From NCBI GenBank assembly GCA_029858565.1, contig JAOUEV010000067.1, positions 1 to 16,514 of the forward strand: DNA of 16,514 nucleotides. The letters are read 5' to 3'. Every line of letters starts with the position of its first letter. Position 1 is the first letter of the stretch. This DNA comes from Nitrospirota bacterium. Lineage in GTDB: Bacteria > Nitrospirota > UBA9217. Made by a program: the position numbers and the translations under genes. A model generated the notes under the pieces. It saw only the letters and a program-made list of their open reading frames with translations, had not been told where the DNA came from and did no database searches. This document shows positions 1 to 7,432 of the stretch, piece after piece.

Positions 1-30
1 CAGAGCTGTTAACTCTGTGCTCTCTGTGGT
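1..30. repeat. Right part of a REP-like inverted repeat (CAGAG-ctgttaa-CTCTGTGCTCTCTGTGG), left arm truncated by the window edge
   Basis: CAGAG (1-5) pairs with CTCTG (13-17). The arm has a 9-nt period (CTCTGTG at 13 and 22). It sits just 3' of the thyX stop. Confidence 0.5.
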
Positions 31-764
31 TAATTATTCTTTTTCACTCCGTACTTCTTCCTGACCTCTTCGATCTTGCCGCAGGTCATCTTGCCTTCGG
101 GACAGGGATTGTGCAGACATCCCGGTCCGGACTTGCCGAAGATCGTGGGCGCCGCGGCCTTTACCAGGTTCAGCATCTTCTCGGACATATCCCGGATCTC
201 CCACTGCGCCCGGTTGCAGCAGCGCACGCGGAAGAAGTGCAAGAGCTCCCGCGCGTTCATGGTGACCACGATCTTGGTCTCCGCCGCGTTCGGGAGGATG
301 TACCGGGCGTCCTGGTTCCCGTTCTCGCCCTTGATGCCCCGTTCTTCGAGCCCTTTCAGTATGGCCGTGTACCGCGCCTGCGCATCGGCCATGAACTGCT
401 CGAAAGCTTTCCTGCTTTCGGGATCCTGCTTGATCGTCGGAGGGATGATGTAATCAAAGGATTCTTCCCTCACGTAGCGCTGGCTCTGCTGCGAGTACGA
501 TGCCACCCGGTGGCGCACCAGCTGGTGCGAACAGGCCCGGGAGATGCCCTCGATCCCGAAGGTGAAGGACACATGCTCGATCGGAGACAGGTGACCCATG
601 GTGGCCAGCTTCTCCACGAATGCGGTCTGGTCCTTTGCCTCGATCTTGTCCTTTAATTCCTCCACGTTCGCCGGGCTGTAGCAGAGTTTCGCGGCCATGG
701 CCACGACCTCTTCCGGCTCGGGAGTGTGCCGAAGGAGAACAACGTTCAGTGATGCTTCTGGCAT
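30..764 (-). CDS. thyX: FAD-dependent thymidylate synthase
   Basis: ThyX signature RHRxxSxxxxSxR (QLVRHRVASYSQQSQRY), plus GHLSPIEH, DARYILP, MNARELLHF and RCCNRAQWEIR. Confidence 0.97.
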   Translation of the reverse strand: MPEASLNVVLLRHTPEPEEVVAMAAKLCYSPANVEELKDKIEAKDQTAFVEKLATMGHLSPIEHVSFTFGIEGISRACSHQLVRHRVASYSQQSQRYVREESFDYIIPPTIKQDPESRKAFEQFMADAQARYTAILKGLEERGIKGENGNQDARYILPNAAETKIVVTMNARELLHFFRVRCCNRAQWEIRDMSEKMLNLVKAAAPTIFGKSGPGCLHNPCPEGKMTCGKIEEVRKKYGVKKNN

Positions 765-833
765 GCATCGACCCCTTTCGGCCCCCTTAACTATCGAGAA
801 TCAGGATATAAGTCCTCGATTATAAGGAAGCTC

Positions 834-863
834 ATTATATGGAGAAGCTGTTTTTCGAGTCAA
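834..863 (-). promoter_or_regulatory. sigma70-type promoter for thyX
   Basis: Minus strand reads TTGACT (863-858)-N18-TATAAT (839-834), about 70 nt upstream of the ATG. Confidence 0.7.
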
Positions 864-920
864 GAGTAAATACATATGGTAACAGTCATTTTTTTTAATG
901 AAAATATAAGTTTCGCTCAT

Positions 921-955
921 AAAAGCAACGCCTCTGCTACTTTTCGTAGCAGAGG
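921..955 (-). terminator. Probable intrinsic terminator of panB
   Basis: Perfect 10-bp stem CCTCTGCTAC (931-940)/GTAGCAGAGG (946-955) with a 5-nt loop, followed on the minus strand by CGTTGCTTTT. Confidence 0.65.
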
Positions 956-994
956 TAGGCTCTTGATGGTTTCCAGCATGGACCTCTGACCTAA

Positions 995-1795
995 CTACTT
1001 GAAACTATGCTCATCAGAGGGAAATGTTCCGGATTCGACTTCCTTCTTATACTCCTGCACAGCAGCAAGTGCCTGCTCCCTCAGCTTCGCATACTTCTTC
1101 ACGAACTTTGGCGTGAACCTGTCGAAAAGACCCAGAAGGTCGTGGATGACGAGCACCTGGCCGTCGCAGGAGGGTCCCGCACCGATGCCGATGGTCGGTA
1201 TCCTGAGCATGGCAGTGATCTCTTTTCCGAGCGATGCGGGCACGCCCTCAATAACGACCGAGAAAGCTCCCGCATCCTGGACCGCTTTGGCGTCGGCAAG
1301 CAGCTTTTCCCGGGCCGCATCACCCTTGCCCTGCACTTTGAATCCGCCGAGCATGTGCTGATACTGCGGGGTCAGTCCAATATGGGCCACCACGGGAATG
1401 CCGGCGTTCACGATCGCCCGGATCACTTCCGCCATCTGGCTGCCGCCTTCGAGCTTCACCGACTCGGCGCCGCCCTCTTTCAGGAACCTGCCCGCGTTCC
1501 GGACCGCATCCTCTAAGCTCGTCTGATAGGACAGGAAGGGCATGTCCCCGACGACCATGCTTGTCTTCGCTGCCCGGGACACCATGCGAGTATGGTAGAT
1601 CATCTCGTCCATGGTCACCGGGATGGTGCTGTCCAGTCCCTGCACCACCATGCCGAGCGAATCGCCCACAAGGATCATGTCAATGCCTGCCTGGTCCACC
1701 AGCTGGGCAAAGGGAAAATCATAGGCCGTGAGCATAGAGATCTTCTTGCCCTCGGTTTTTTTCTTGTAGAGGTCGAGAATAGTGATCTTAGGCAT
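995..1795 (-). CDS. panB: 3-methyl-2-oxobutanoate (ketopantoate) hydroxymethyltransferase
   Basis: Motifs [42 protein letters not shown] and DGQVLV; 266 aa. Confidence 0.98.
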   Translation of the reverse strand: MPKITILDLYKKKTEGKKISMLTAYDFPFAQLVDQAGIDMILVGDSLGMVVQGLDSTIPVTMDEMIYHTRMVSRAAKTSMVVGDMPFLSYQTSLEDAVRNAGRFLKEGGAESVKLEGGSQMAEVIRAIVNAGIPVVAHIGLTPQYQHMLGGFKVQGKGDAAREKLLADAKAVQDAGAFSVVIEGVPASLGKEITAMLRIPTIGIGAGPSCDGQVLVIHDLLGLFDRFTPKFVKKYAKLREQALAAVQEYKKEVESGTFPSDEHSFK

Positions 1796-1847
1796 GGGTT
1801 TGATCTCGAATAGGGAGGAGATGCCGGGATCCTGTCCCGGAGTGCAT

Positions 1848-1853
1848 ATTATA
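1848..1853 (-). promoter_or_regulatory. Candidate -10 element for panB
   Basis: TATAAT on the minus strand about 53 nt upstream of the panB ATG. No convincing -35. Confidence 0.4.
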
Positions 1854-2040
1854 CTCCAAGTGGTCCAGTCATTTCCATTGCCATGATAAAAAAACCACGT
1901 CCCAGCGAGCGGGGAGAATGCTGCTCAAGTCGACGAGTTTCACATTCTCGCAACTGATCGTAATCGTGGAAGAAACAGGAAAAATCAGTAAGTCAAGCTC
2001 GATCCTCAACAGTCCCGCAAGCACATTCAGACATCACTTT

Positions 2041-2451
2041 TTATCCGAAGGGATTGATGACCTCAAGACCCGGATAGTAAAAGTCCCTGGCATTTCTTGT
2101 CACCAGCGCCAGATCATGATGCAATGCGGTCGCTGCAAGAAGACTGTCGATCGTGGGGACAGGGCGGCAGGCCTCGGCAAGCAGCCTGCCCCACCGGTCC
2201 GCGACAGCGAGGTCCACCGGAAGCACCCGCCCCTCGAACCAGCGCGGAAGCTCGTGATCGAGCCAGAGCCTCAGTTTCTCCCGGCGTTTCCTGTCCGCGA
2301 CCGCCTCGATGCCCTTCCGGATTTCCCCAAGCGTTAGCACGCTTACAAAGACTGACTCTGCGGGGAGTTGTTCGAGCCACGCGAGCGCCGTCTTATTGGG
2401 CGTTCGTCGGATGGTTTCGGACACAACGTTGGTGTCGAGCAGATAGCTCAT
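2041..2451 (-). CDS. vapC: Type II TA toxin, VapC/PIN-domain ribonuclease
   Basis: PIN acidic motifs YLLDTNVVSE, TLGEI, IDSLLAATA and LVTRNARDF; 136 aa; ATGA overlap with the upstream antitoxin. Confidence 0.93.
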   Translation of the reverse strand: MSYLLDTNVVSETIRRTPNKTALAWLEQLPAESVFVSVLTLGEIRKGIEAVADRKRREKLRLWLDHELPRWFEGRVLPVDLAVADRWGRLLAEACRPVPTIDSLLAATALHHDLALVTRNARDFYYPGLEVINPFG

Positions 2452-2699
2452 GCGATATCAGCCTCGCGCGTATGCGTCTGCTCGCGCCCGAGCTTAAGGT
2501 CAACGCCGAACAGCGGCGAACTGCGCATGAACTCGACAAAGCTTTTCTTCGGGCGCTTCAGCCGCTCATACTCCCCGCTCGAAAGGACGACGACGCTCGG
2601 CTGCCCGTGGACCGTGATACTCTGCGGGCCTTCCTTCTTCGCTTTCTTGATGACCTCGCTCAGGCGGGCCTTTGCTTCCTGAAGCTGCCACGTGTTCAT
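2448..2699 (-). CDS. Type II TA antitoxin, Phd/YefM family
   Basis: N-terminus WQLQEAKARLSEVI...GPQSITVHG..VVVLS..EYERL is typical of Phd/YefM. SD GGGAGG is present. 83 aa, coupled to the PIN toxin. Confidence 0.92.
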   Translation of the reverse strand: MNTWQLQEAKARLSEVIKKAKKEGPQSITVHGQPSVVVLSSGEYERLKRPKKSFVEFMRSSPLFGVDLKLGREQTHTREADIA

Positions 2700-2711
2700 A
2701 TGGCCTCCCTA

Positions 2712-2760
2712 TCTGGTCAGTCTGGTCAGAATTATAGCACCCGAGGAACCGGGCTGTAAA
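2712..2760 (-). promoter_or_regulatory. TA operon promoter with a tandem direct-repeat operator candidate
   Basis: Minus strand reads TTTACA (2760-2755)-N18-TATAAT (2736-2731) with an extended -10 TG. It is followed by CTGACCAGA x2 (2729-2712) over the expected +1, then the SD. Confidence 0.7.
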
Positions 2761-2909
2761 GACAATTATTGAAAGATCCCCTATAGGTATATTGGCGCAA
2801 ATAGAATTCCAACAGTATGAACCTGACCCCATGATGTTCCGGAACAAATAAAAAGGTTAAGAAATCAAGCCTAAAGTTTATTTTTATCCGGGCTTATCTG
2901 AGCTATCCC

Positions 2910-3332
2910 CTATGACTCTTTGTTGTTATCAGTCTTACGCATTTCGGCCAGTTGGCCTATGAAATTTAAGCCTTCTTCATCCCAAGAATCATGAGTAGGA
3001 TCCAGTTCCCGGCTAATAAAGAGAATCAAATTAGTATCAATAAAGACTGACTTCTCTTTTTCAAAATGAATTCTCAGTATTGTTATCAAGCCATTATATT
3101 TAATTTGAATCTGAAGTCTTTTGTCGTTAATATTGAACCTTAGTTTCTTGTACTGAATCCACCAGGCATCATTTATTACATAAAAGGCAACCTTTTTCCC
3201 GAACAAAAAACTTTTTACGAAACCGGTCGACGTACTAGATTCACCATCTTTCTCCCGCACAACACGACACTGACCATCATCAACGTTGAAATCGTAGACT
3301 TTCGCAAAACGATCCCACGAGTGTAGATACAT
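2910..3332 (-). CDS. AT-rich orphan hypothetical protein (140 aa from ATG 3332), possibly an immunity-type protein
   Basis: Open frame in a visibly AT-rich tract. GGAGA SD lies a few nt before ATG 3332, preferred over the ORF-track start at 3362. Acidic C-terminal motif LDPTHDSWDEEGLNF. No recognised family. Confidence 0.65.
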   Translation of the reverse strand: MYLHSWDRFAKVYDFNVDDGQCRVVREKDGESSTSTGFVKSFLFGKKVAFYVINDAWWIQYKKLRFNINDKRLQIQIKYNGLITILRIHFEKEKSVFIDTNLILFISRELDPTHDSWDEEGLNFIGQLAEMRKTDNNKES

Positions 3333-3420
3333 ATGATTCTCCCAAGGTAATGTTCTCAGCAAATCAAGTAGGCTAGCCTGCCCTAATAGATGCTTTCTCG
3401 TTGTTGGAAGCTCTGCAATA

Positions 3421-3447
3421 ACAAAAAGGCGAGGTTTCCCCCGCCTT
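3421..3447 (-). terminator. Intrinsic terminator of the cooC-metVF operon
   Basis: Minus strand AAGGCGGGG-GAAA-CCTCGCCTT-TTTGT: a 9-bp stem (one G-U), a GNRA tetraloop and a U tract, about 56 nt after the metF stop. Confidence 0.85.
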
Positions 3448-3468
3448 GTGTATGCTTTTTATTTTTCA

Positions 3469-3499
3469 AATCCGCATTCCGCAATCCGAAATCCGCAAT
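3469..3499. repeat. Heptamer tandem repeat (AATCCGC)x4
   Basis: AATCCGC ATTCCGC AATCCGA AATCCGC AAT, directly 3' of metF. Confidence 0.85.
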
Positions 3500-3503
3500 T
3501 GAA

Positions 3504-4475
3504 TCACACTTCCGGTCTCGGATACAGCCCTGCTGCCTTCACGATCCCTTCGATCGCGCTCTCCCACTCGATGGCCTGAATGTGCACGCCTTTGACCCCC
3601 GGCGTCTCGAGCGCCTGGTGGATCAGCTCGATCGTGATCTTGATGCCCTCCTGCTCCTGTAGTTCGCGCATCTTCTTCTTGTCTTCGCCCGCGGCCGACT
3701 TGGCTTTGTTCATGCGGTCGATCATCTCTTTGGGCACGGACACGCCCGCTACCGAGGAATCCATGTACTTAAGCATCATGGCGCTCTTCGGCACAATGAT
3801 ACCAGCTAAAATAGCGGTCTTTTCATGGAGGCCCATGTTCCGGATCTTCTCCATCTGCTTGCGGAAGAGCGACATGTCGTAGATGCCCTGGGTCTGGATA
3901 AAATCCGCGCCGGCGTTCACCTTCTTCATGAGGTTGATGGGCCGGAAATCGATGGGATCGCCCATGGGCGTCCATGATGCGCCGATGAAGAACTTGGGTG
4001 CAACTTCGAGCGGATCACCGCCTTCCTGCTTGCTCTCATCGCGCATCTTCTTGAGCATGCCCACAAGCTGGCAGGTATCGAGATCATAGACGTTCTTGGC
4101 TCCGGGGTGACCTTTGAGCTTGCCGGCTGCGCTGAACTTCTGGTGGTCGCCGGCAAGGCAGAGGCAGTTCTTGAGCCCCAGGGCTGCCGCGCCCAACAGG
4201 TCGGCCTGCATGGCGATGCGGTTCCGGTCGCGGCAGGTCATCTGCATCACCGGCTCGAGCCCGTTCTGGAACGCGATGGCTGCAGCCGCGATCGAGGATA
4301 TGCGCACCACCGCGGTCTGGCAGTCGGTGATATTCGCCGCGTCGCAGAATCCCTTCAGCAGTTTCGCCTTGTGCACCACTTCGTGGGGATCGGCGCTCAT
4401 GGGCGGGCCGAGCTCGGCAGTTACCGCGGGCTTGCCGCTGGCGAGTACTTTTTCAAGAGTGCTTCCGCTTTTCAT
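3504..4475 (-). CDS. metF: 5,10-methylenetetrahydrofolate reductase, MetF subunit (MetVF type)
   Basis: Motifs VTAELGPP, ANITD, MQMTCRDRNRIAMQADLLGA, LCLAGDH, KVNAGADFIQTQ and GVHIQA. Adjacent to metV. SD GGAGG. Confidence 0.95.
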   Translation of the reverse strand: MKSGSTLEKVLASGKPAVTAELGPPMSADPHEVVHKAKLLKGFCDAANITDCQTAVVRISSIAAAAIAFQNGLEPVMQMTCRDRNRIAMQADLLGAAALGLKNCLCLAGDHQKFSAAGKLKGHPGAKNVYDLDTCQLVGMLKKMRDESKQEGGDPLEVAPKFFIGASWTPMGDPIDFRPINLMKKVNAGADFIQTQGIYDMSLFRKQMEKIRNMGLHEKTAILAGIIVPKSAMMLKYMDSSVAGVSVPKEMIDRMNKAKSAAGEDKKKMRELQEQEGIKITIELIHQALETPGVKGVHIQAIEWESAIEGIVKAAGLYPRPEV

Positions 4476-4514
4476 CTATCTTTACCTCCACAAGGTTATC
4501 AAGAACAGGAATTA

Positions 4515-4594
4515 GACACTGAGGACACTGACAAGACTTATGAGGAACCCCTATTTGAACTCTTTTTCATAGGCTCTTCTGAGTCATCAGTGTC
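4515..4594. repeat. Imperfect ~29-bp inverted repeat (REP-like) between metV and metF
   Basis: GACACTGAGGACACTGACAAGACTTATGA (4515-4543) aligns with the reverse complement of 4567-4594, GACACTGATGACTCAGAAGAGCCTATGA. The arms have an internal 9-nt period. Confidence 0.7.
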
Positions 4595-4609
4595 GAAAAT
4601 CGTTTTGAT

Positions 4610-5317
4610 TTATTTTCCTGCTTTCGCTTCTTCTTTCTCTTCGAACTCCCGGATATGCTCCAGCGAAATGCGGCGCGGCCCGCCGTCGCGGGAGGTTGCC
4701 CAGTTCCGGGGCGGCAGCACCGTGCCGAGTTTGTCGAGCTGGCCAAGCTTGGTCATGCGCTCCACGATCAGGTACCATGCGCAGTCGATCTCGTTCGAGA
4801 CCTCGCACTTGCCCTTGTTCGTGCCCCCGCAGGGACCGTTCATAAGCGTCTTGGCGCAGCGCGCGATCGGGCAGATGCCGCCGGTCAGATGCAGGATGCA
4901 GTCCCCGCACCCCGCGCAAAGCTCCTTGAACACGCCGGGAGCCTCGACAGCTCCGTAGAAGGACGTATTGATGCCCGGCACCACCGGCACCGTTCCGGTG
5001 CGGTCGGACAGGAAGTTCACTCCCACGCCGCAGGCAGTCGAAACCACCATGTCGTACTTCTTCACGTCCTCGATGACATTGTCGAAGTACTCGGGCTCGC
5101 AGTGGCGCATCACGCCCATATGGCTGACCTCCATCTGCTTGCCTTCCTGGGACGCCTTCATGCGAAGAAGCGAGGCGATGGTCTCAGCCTCCTTTTCGCC
5201 TCCTGCATGACAGATAGCAACACAGGTGTTGCACCCGAACACGAGGACCTTCTTCTTGTCCTTGTCCTTGACCATGTTCCATATTTCATCAATGGGTTTT
5301 TGTGATCCGACGATCAT
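4610..5317 (-). CDS. metV: MetV, Fe-S/Zn subunit of methylene-THF reductase (MTHFR_C domain)
   Basis: GCNTCVAICHAGG, RHCE and TACGVGV, plus the MTHFR_C Cys pattern CAGCGDC..GGICPIARCAK..NGPCGG...GKCEV...DCAW. Lies directly upstream of metF. Confidence 0.92.
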   Translation of the reverse strand: MIVGSQKPIDEIWNMVKDKDKKKVLVFGCNTCVAICHAGGEKEAETIASLLRMKASQEGKQMEVSHMGVMRHCEPEYFDNVIEDVKKYDMVVSTACGVGVNFLSDRTGTVPVVPGINTSFYGAVEAPGVFKELCAGCGDCILHLTGGICPIARCAKTLMNGPCGGTNKGKCEVSNEIDCAWYLIVERMTKLGQLDKLGTVLPPRNWATSRDGGPRRISLEHIREFEEKEEAKAGK

Positions 5318-5359
5318 GGCAATGCTCCTTTATCATTCCCCCGTCTGCAAAAGGGGTGT

Positions 5360-7432
5360 TTACTTTACTCTCAAGCCCATCTTCTTCACCAGTTCCGAGA
5401 ACTCTCCGCATGATGACGCTGCGGGCAGGATCCCGATACGGTCAGGTTCCATGCCAAGGGTCTTGATCAGTTCCTGGCCGCGCTTCACCCGCGCCTGCAC
5501 GCGAGGCTCGATCTTCTCGTATTTGCAGTTCCTGTCCCCGCACCGCACGACCGCGACGCCGTCCGCCCCGGTTTCAAAGGCCCTCAGCATATCCAGCACA
5601 TCGACCCGGCTGGTGCAGTGCACGGGGAAGGGCCGGTAATTCTTTGGCAGGTCGGCGCCATGGACGCCCAGGCGGTTCGTGCAGACAAAAGCCACAATGA
5701 GGGGCTCGGTCCGTTTCGAGTCCACGCAGCCCACGGTCGTTGTCATGGACCCGCGGATCTCCTTCACATCATAGCTCACCATGCTTATTGCCTGGGCCGG
5801 ACACTCCGGGGCGCAGAGGCCGCAGGCCTGGCAATAATCCGGCCGAATCTCGGACCAGGCCTTCACCACCGGCGCTCCGTAGGGGCAGACGCGCAGGCAG
5901 GTGAGGCAGGCCATGCACTTGTTCGGATCCACCACCGCGCCGCCGCCGCAGCCGCGGCACCGGGAGGCCTCGGCCAGCGCCTCTTTCTCGGTGTAGGTCT
6001 TCTCGAAATTGTCCATTGTCTTGACGCGCACCGCGGGCTCCACATGGTGCACCTTCTGGCGCGGCATCTTGCAGATCTTCTCAAGCACATCCTTGGGCAT
6101 CTCGTTGATGCTGTCCTTTTCCTGGACCGGCAGCTTGCCCTCGATGGTTTCGCCCTGAAGGAAAAGATGCATTGCCAGCGCTGCGCGGTGGCCGCTCGCC
6201 ACGGCCGCGATCGCCGAGCCAGGACCGGTCACGACCTCGCCTGCAACAAAGACGTTCTTCGCACTGCTCTTCTGCGTCTTCTGGTCCCACTCCACGCGTC
6301 CCCGCTCATCAGCCTTGACGCTGCTGTCCTTGAGCGGAGCGAGGTTCGCCATCTGGCCGATGGTGATGATGATCGTGTCCGCCTCAAGCAGCGTCGTCAC
6401 GTTGTTGTCAAAGGTAGGCGCGAATCGCTTGTTGCCGTCGAACACCGACAGGACCTTGGTCACTTCCAGACCCAGGACCTTGTCGCCGTCCCGCTTGACC
6501 GCCTTGGGCCCCCAGCGGTAATTGATCTTGACCGCTTCCTCCACTGCCTCGTCCACTTCCCACTTCCATGCCGGTATCTCCTGCTCGTTCTCAAGGCAGA
6601 CCATCTCGACCTTCTCCACGCCGAGCCTCCGGGCGCTCCGCGCAACATCCATGGCCACATTCCCGCCGCCGATCACGAGCACCTTCTTGCCGAGCTTGGG
6701 GTCGCGGCCGAATGCAACATCCTCCAGAAAGGGGATGGCGAGCAGCACGTTCGGTCCGTCAACACCCGGAATGTTCAGCGACCGGCTCAGAGAGAGTCCG
6801 ATGGCGAGCAGGATCGCGTCGTGCTTTTTCGCCAGATCGTCGAGCTTGGCGTCCTTCCCGACCTCGAACCCGGTCTTGACCTCGATGCCGCGGCTGACCA
6901 CGTCATCGATGTCCTCTTTCAGCACCTCGCGGGGCAGCCGGTAGGGAGGAATGGCGGTGGAAAGCATGCCGCCGAGCACCGGATGGCGCTCGTAGAGCGT
7001 GACGCTGTATCCCAGGTCCGCCATGTCGCGCGCAGCGGTCAGGCCCGACGGTCCGGACCCGATGATGCCCACGCTCTTGCCCTTGTTCTGTGCCACAAGT
7101 TTGCGCTTATTGCGGCGGTATTCCTTTGCCTGCTCGATCGCGAACCGCTTCAGCGGCCGCACCGCGACCGCTTCGTCGATGCCGCACCTGCGGCAGGACC
7201 GTTCGCAGGGATGGTGGCAGATCATCGAACAGACCGAAGCGATCGGATTCGGCGCGGTGATCACCTCGAAAGCCTCGGTGTACCGGCCCTGGGCGATCAG
7301 GCCCACATAGGCCTGGACATCAGTATGCGCCGGGCATGCCGCGCGGCACGGCGAGTAGGGCCGGGTTTCCTTGATCTCGGCGCCGTAAGGCCGGTAGGGT
7401 TGTGTCAGATCACAGGTATCTTGAGCAGCCAT
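5360..7432 (-). CDS. Multidomain FAD/NAD(P)H oxidoreductase: GltD/Nfn-large-like module + 2x[4Fe-4S] ferredoxin domain + C-terminal MvhD/FlpD domain
   Basis: aa29-80 PCRAACP...CSMICHHPCERSC; FAD motif IIGSGPSG; nucleotide motif VIGGGNVAMD; EASRCRGC (aa488-495); CMACLTCLRVCP and CQACGLCAPECP; MvhD-like IVAFVC...VHCTSRVD..MLRAFETGADGV..VRCGDRNCKY (C584, C606, C631, C636). Confidence 0.9.
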   Translation of the reverse strand: MAAQDTCDLTQPYRPYGAEIKETRPYSPCRAACPAHTDVQAYVGLIAQGRYTEAFEVITAPNPIASVCSMICHHPCERSCRRCGIDEAVAVRPLKRFAIEQAKEYRRNKRKLVAQNKGKSVGIIGSGPSGLTAARDMADLGYSVTLYERHPVLGGMLSTAIPPYRLPREVLKEDIDDVVSRGIEVKTGFEVGKDAKLDDLAKKHDAILLAIGLSLSRSLNIPGVDGPNVLLAIPFLEDVAFGRDPKLGKKVLVIGGGNVAMDVARSARRLGVEKVEMVCLENEQEIPAWKWEVDEAVEEAVKINYRWGPKAVKRDGDKVLGLEVTKVLSVFDGNKRFAPTFDNNVTTLLEADTIIITIGQMANLAPLKDSSVKADERGRVEWDQKTQKSSAKNVFVAGEVVTGPGSAIAAVASGHRAALAMHLFLQGETIEGKLPVQEKDSINEMPKDVLEKICKMPRQKVHHVEPAVRVKTMDNFEKTYTEKEALAEASRCRGCGGGAVVDPNKCMACLTCLRVCPYGAPVVKAWSEIRPDYCQACGLCAPECPAQAISMVSYDVKEIRGSMTTTVGCVDSKRTEPLIVAFVCTNRLGVHGADLPKNYRPFPVHCTSRVDVLDMLRAFETGADGVAVVRCGDRNCKYEKIEPRVQARVKRGQELIKTLGMEPDRIGILPAASSCGEFSELVKKMGLRVK

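Noticed and set aside
866-884. NrdR-box-like sequence upstream of thyX
   Set aside because: Only a weak partial match, and not in the usual tandem arrangement.
1821-1886. 21-aa plus-strand ORF after AGGGAGGAG
   Set aside because: SD-to-ATG spacing is only about 2-3 nt, it overlaps the panB promoter in antisense, and it has no coding features.
1888-1949. Terminator for vapC (GAGAATG/CATTCTC stem and an A8 run)
   Set aside because: The stems are weak or too far from the T tract to call with confidence.
2041-3420. Integron cassette array (TA pair plus AT-rich orphan)
   Set aside because: No attC-type RYYYAAC...GTTRRRY structures after the stops, and no integrase in the window.
3469-4594. CRISPR interpretation of the short repeats
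   Set aside because: No regularly spaced 25-40-nt repeats with unique spacers, and no cas genes.
5360-5704. Selenocysteine or readthrough in the MvhD domain
   Set aside because: All four ligands are ordinary Cys codons and the ORF ends in TAA.
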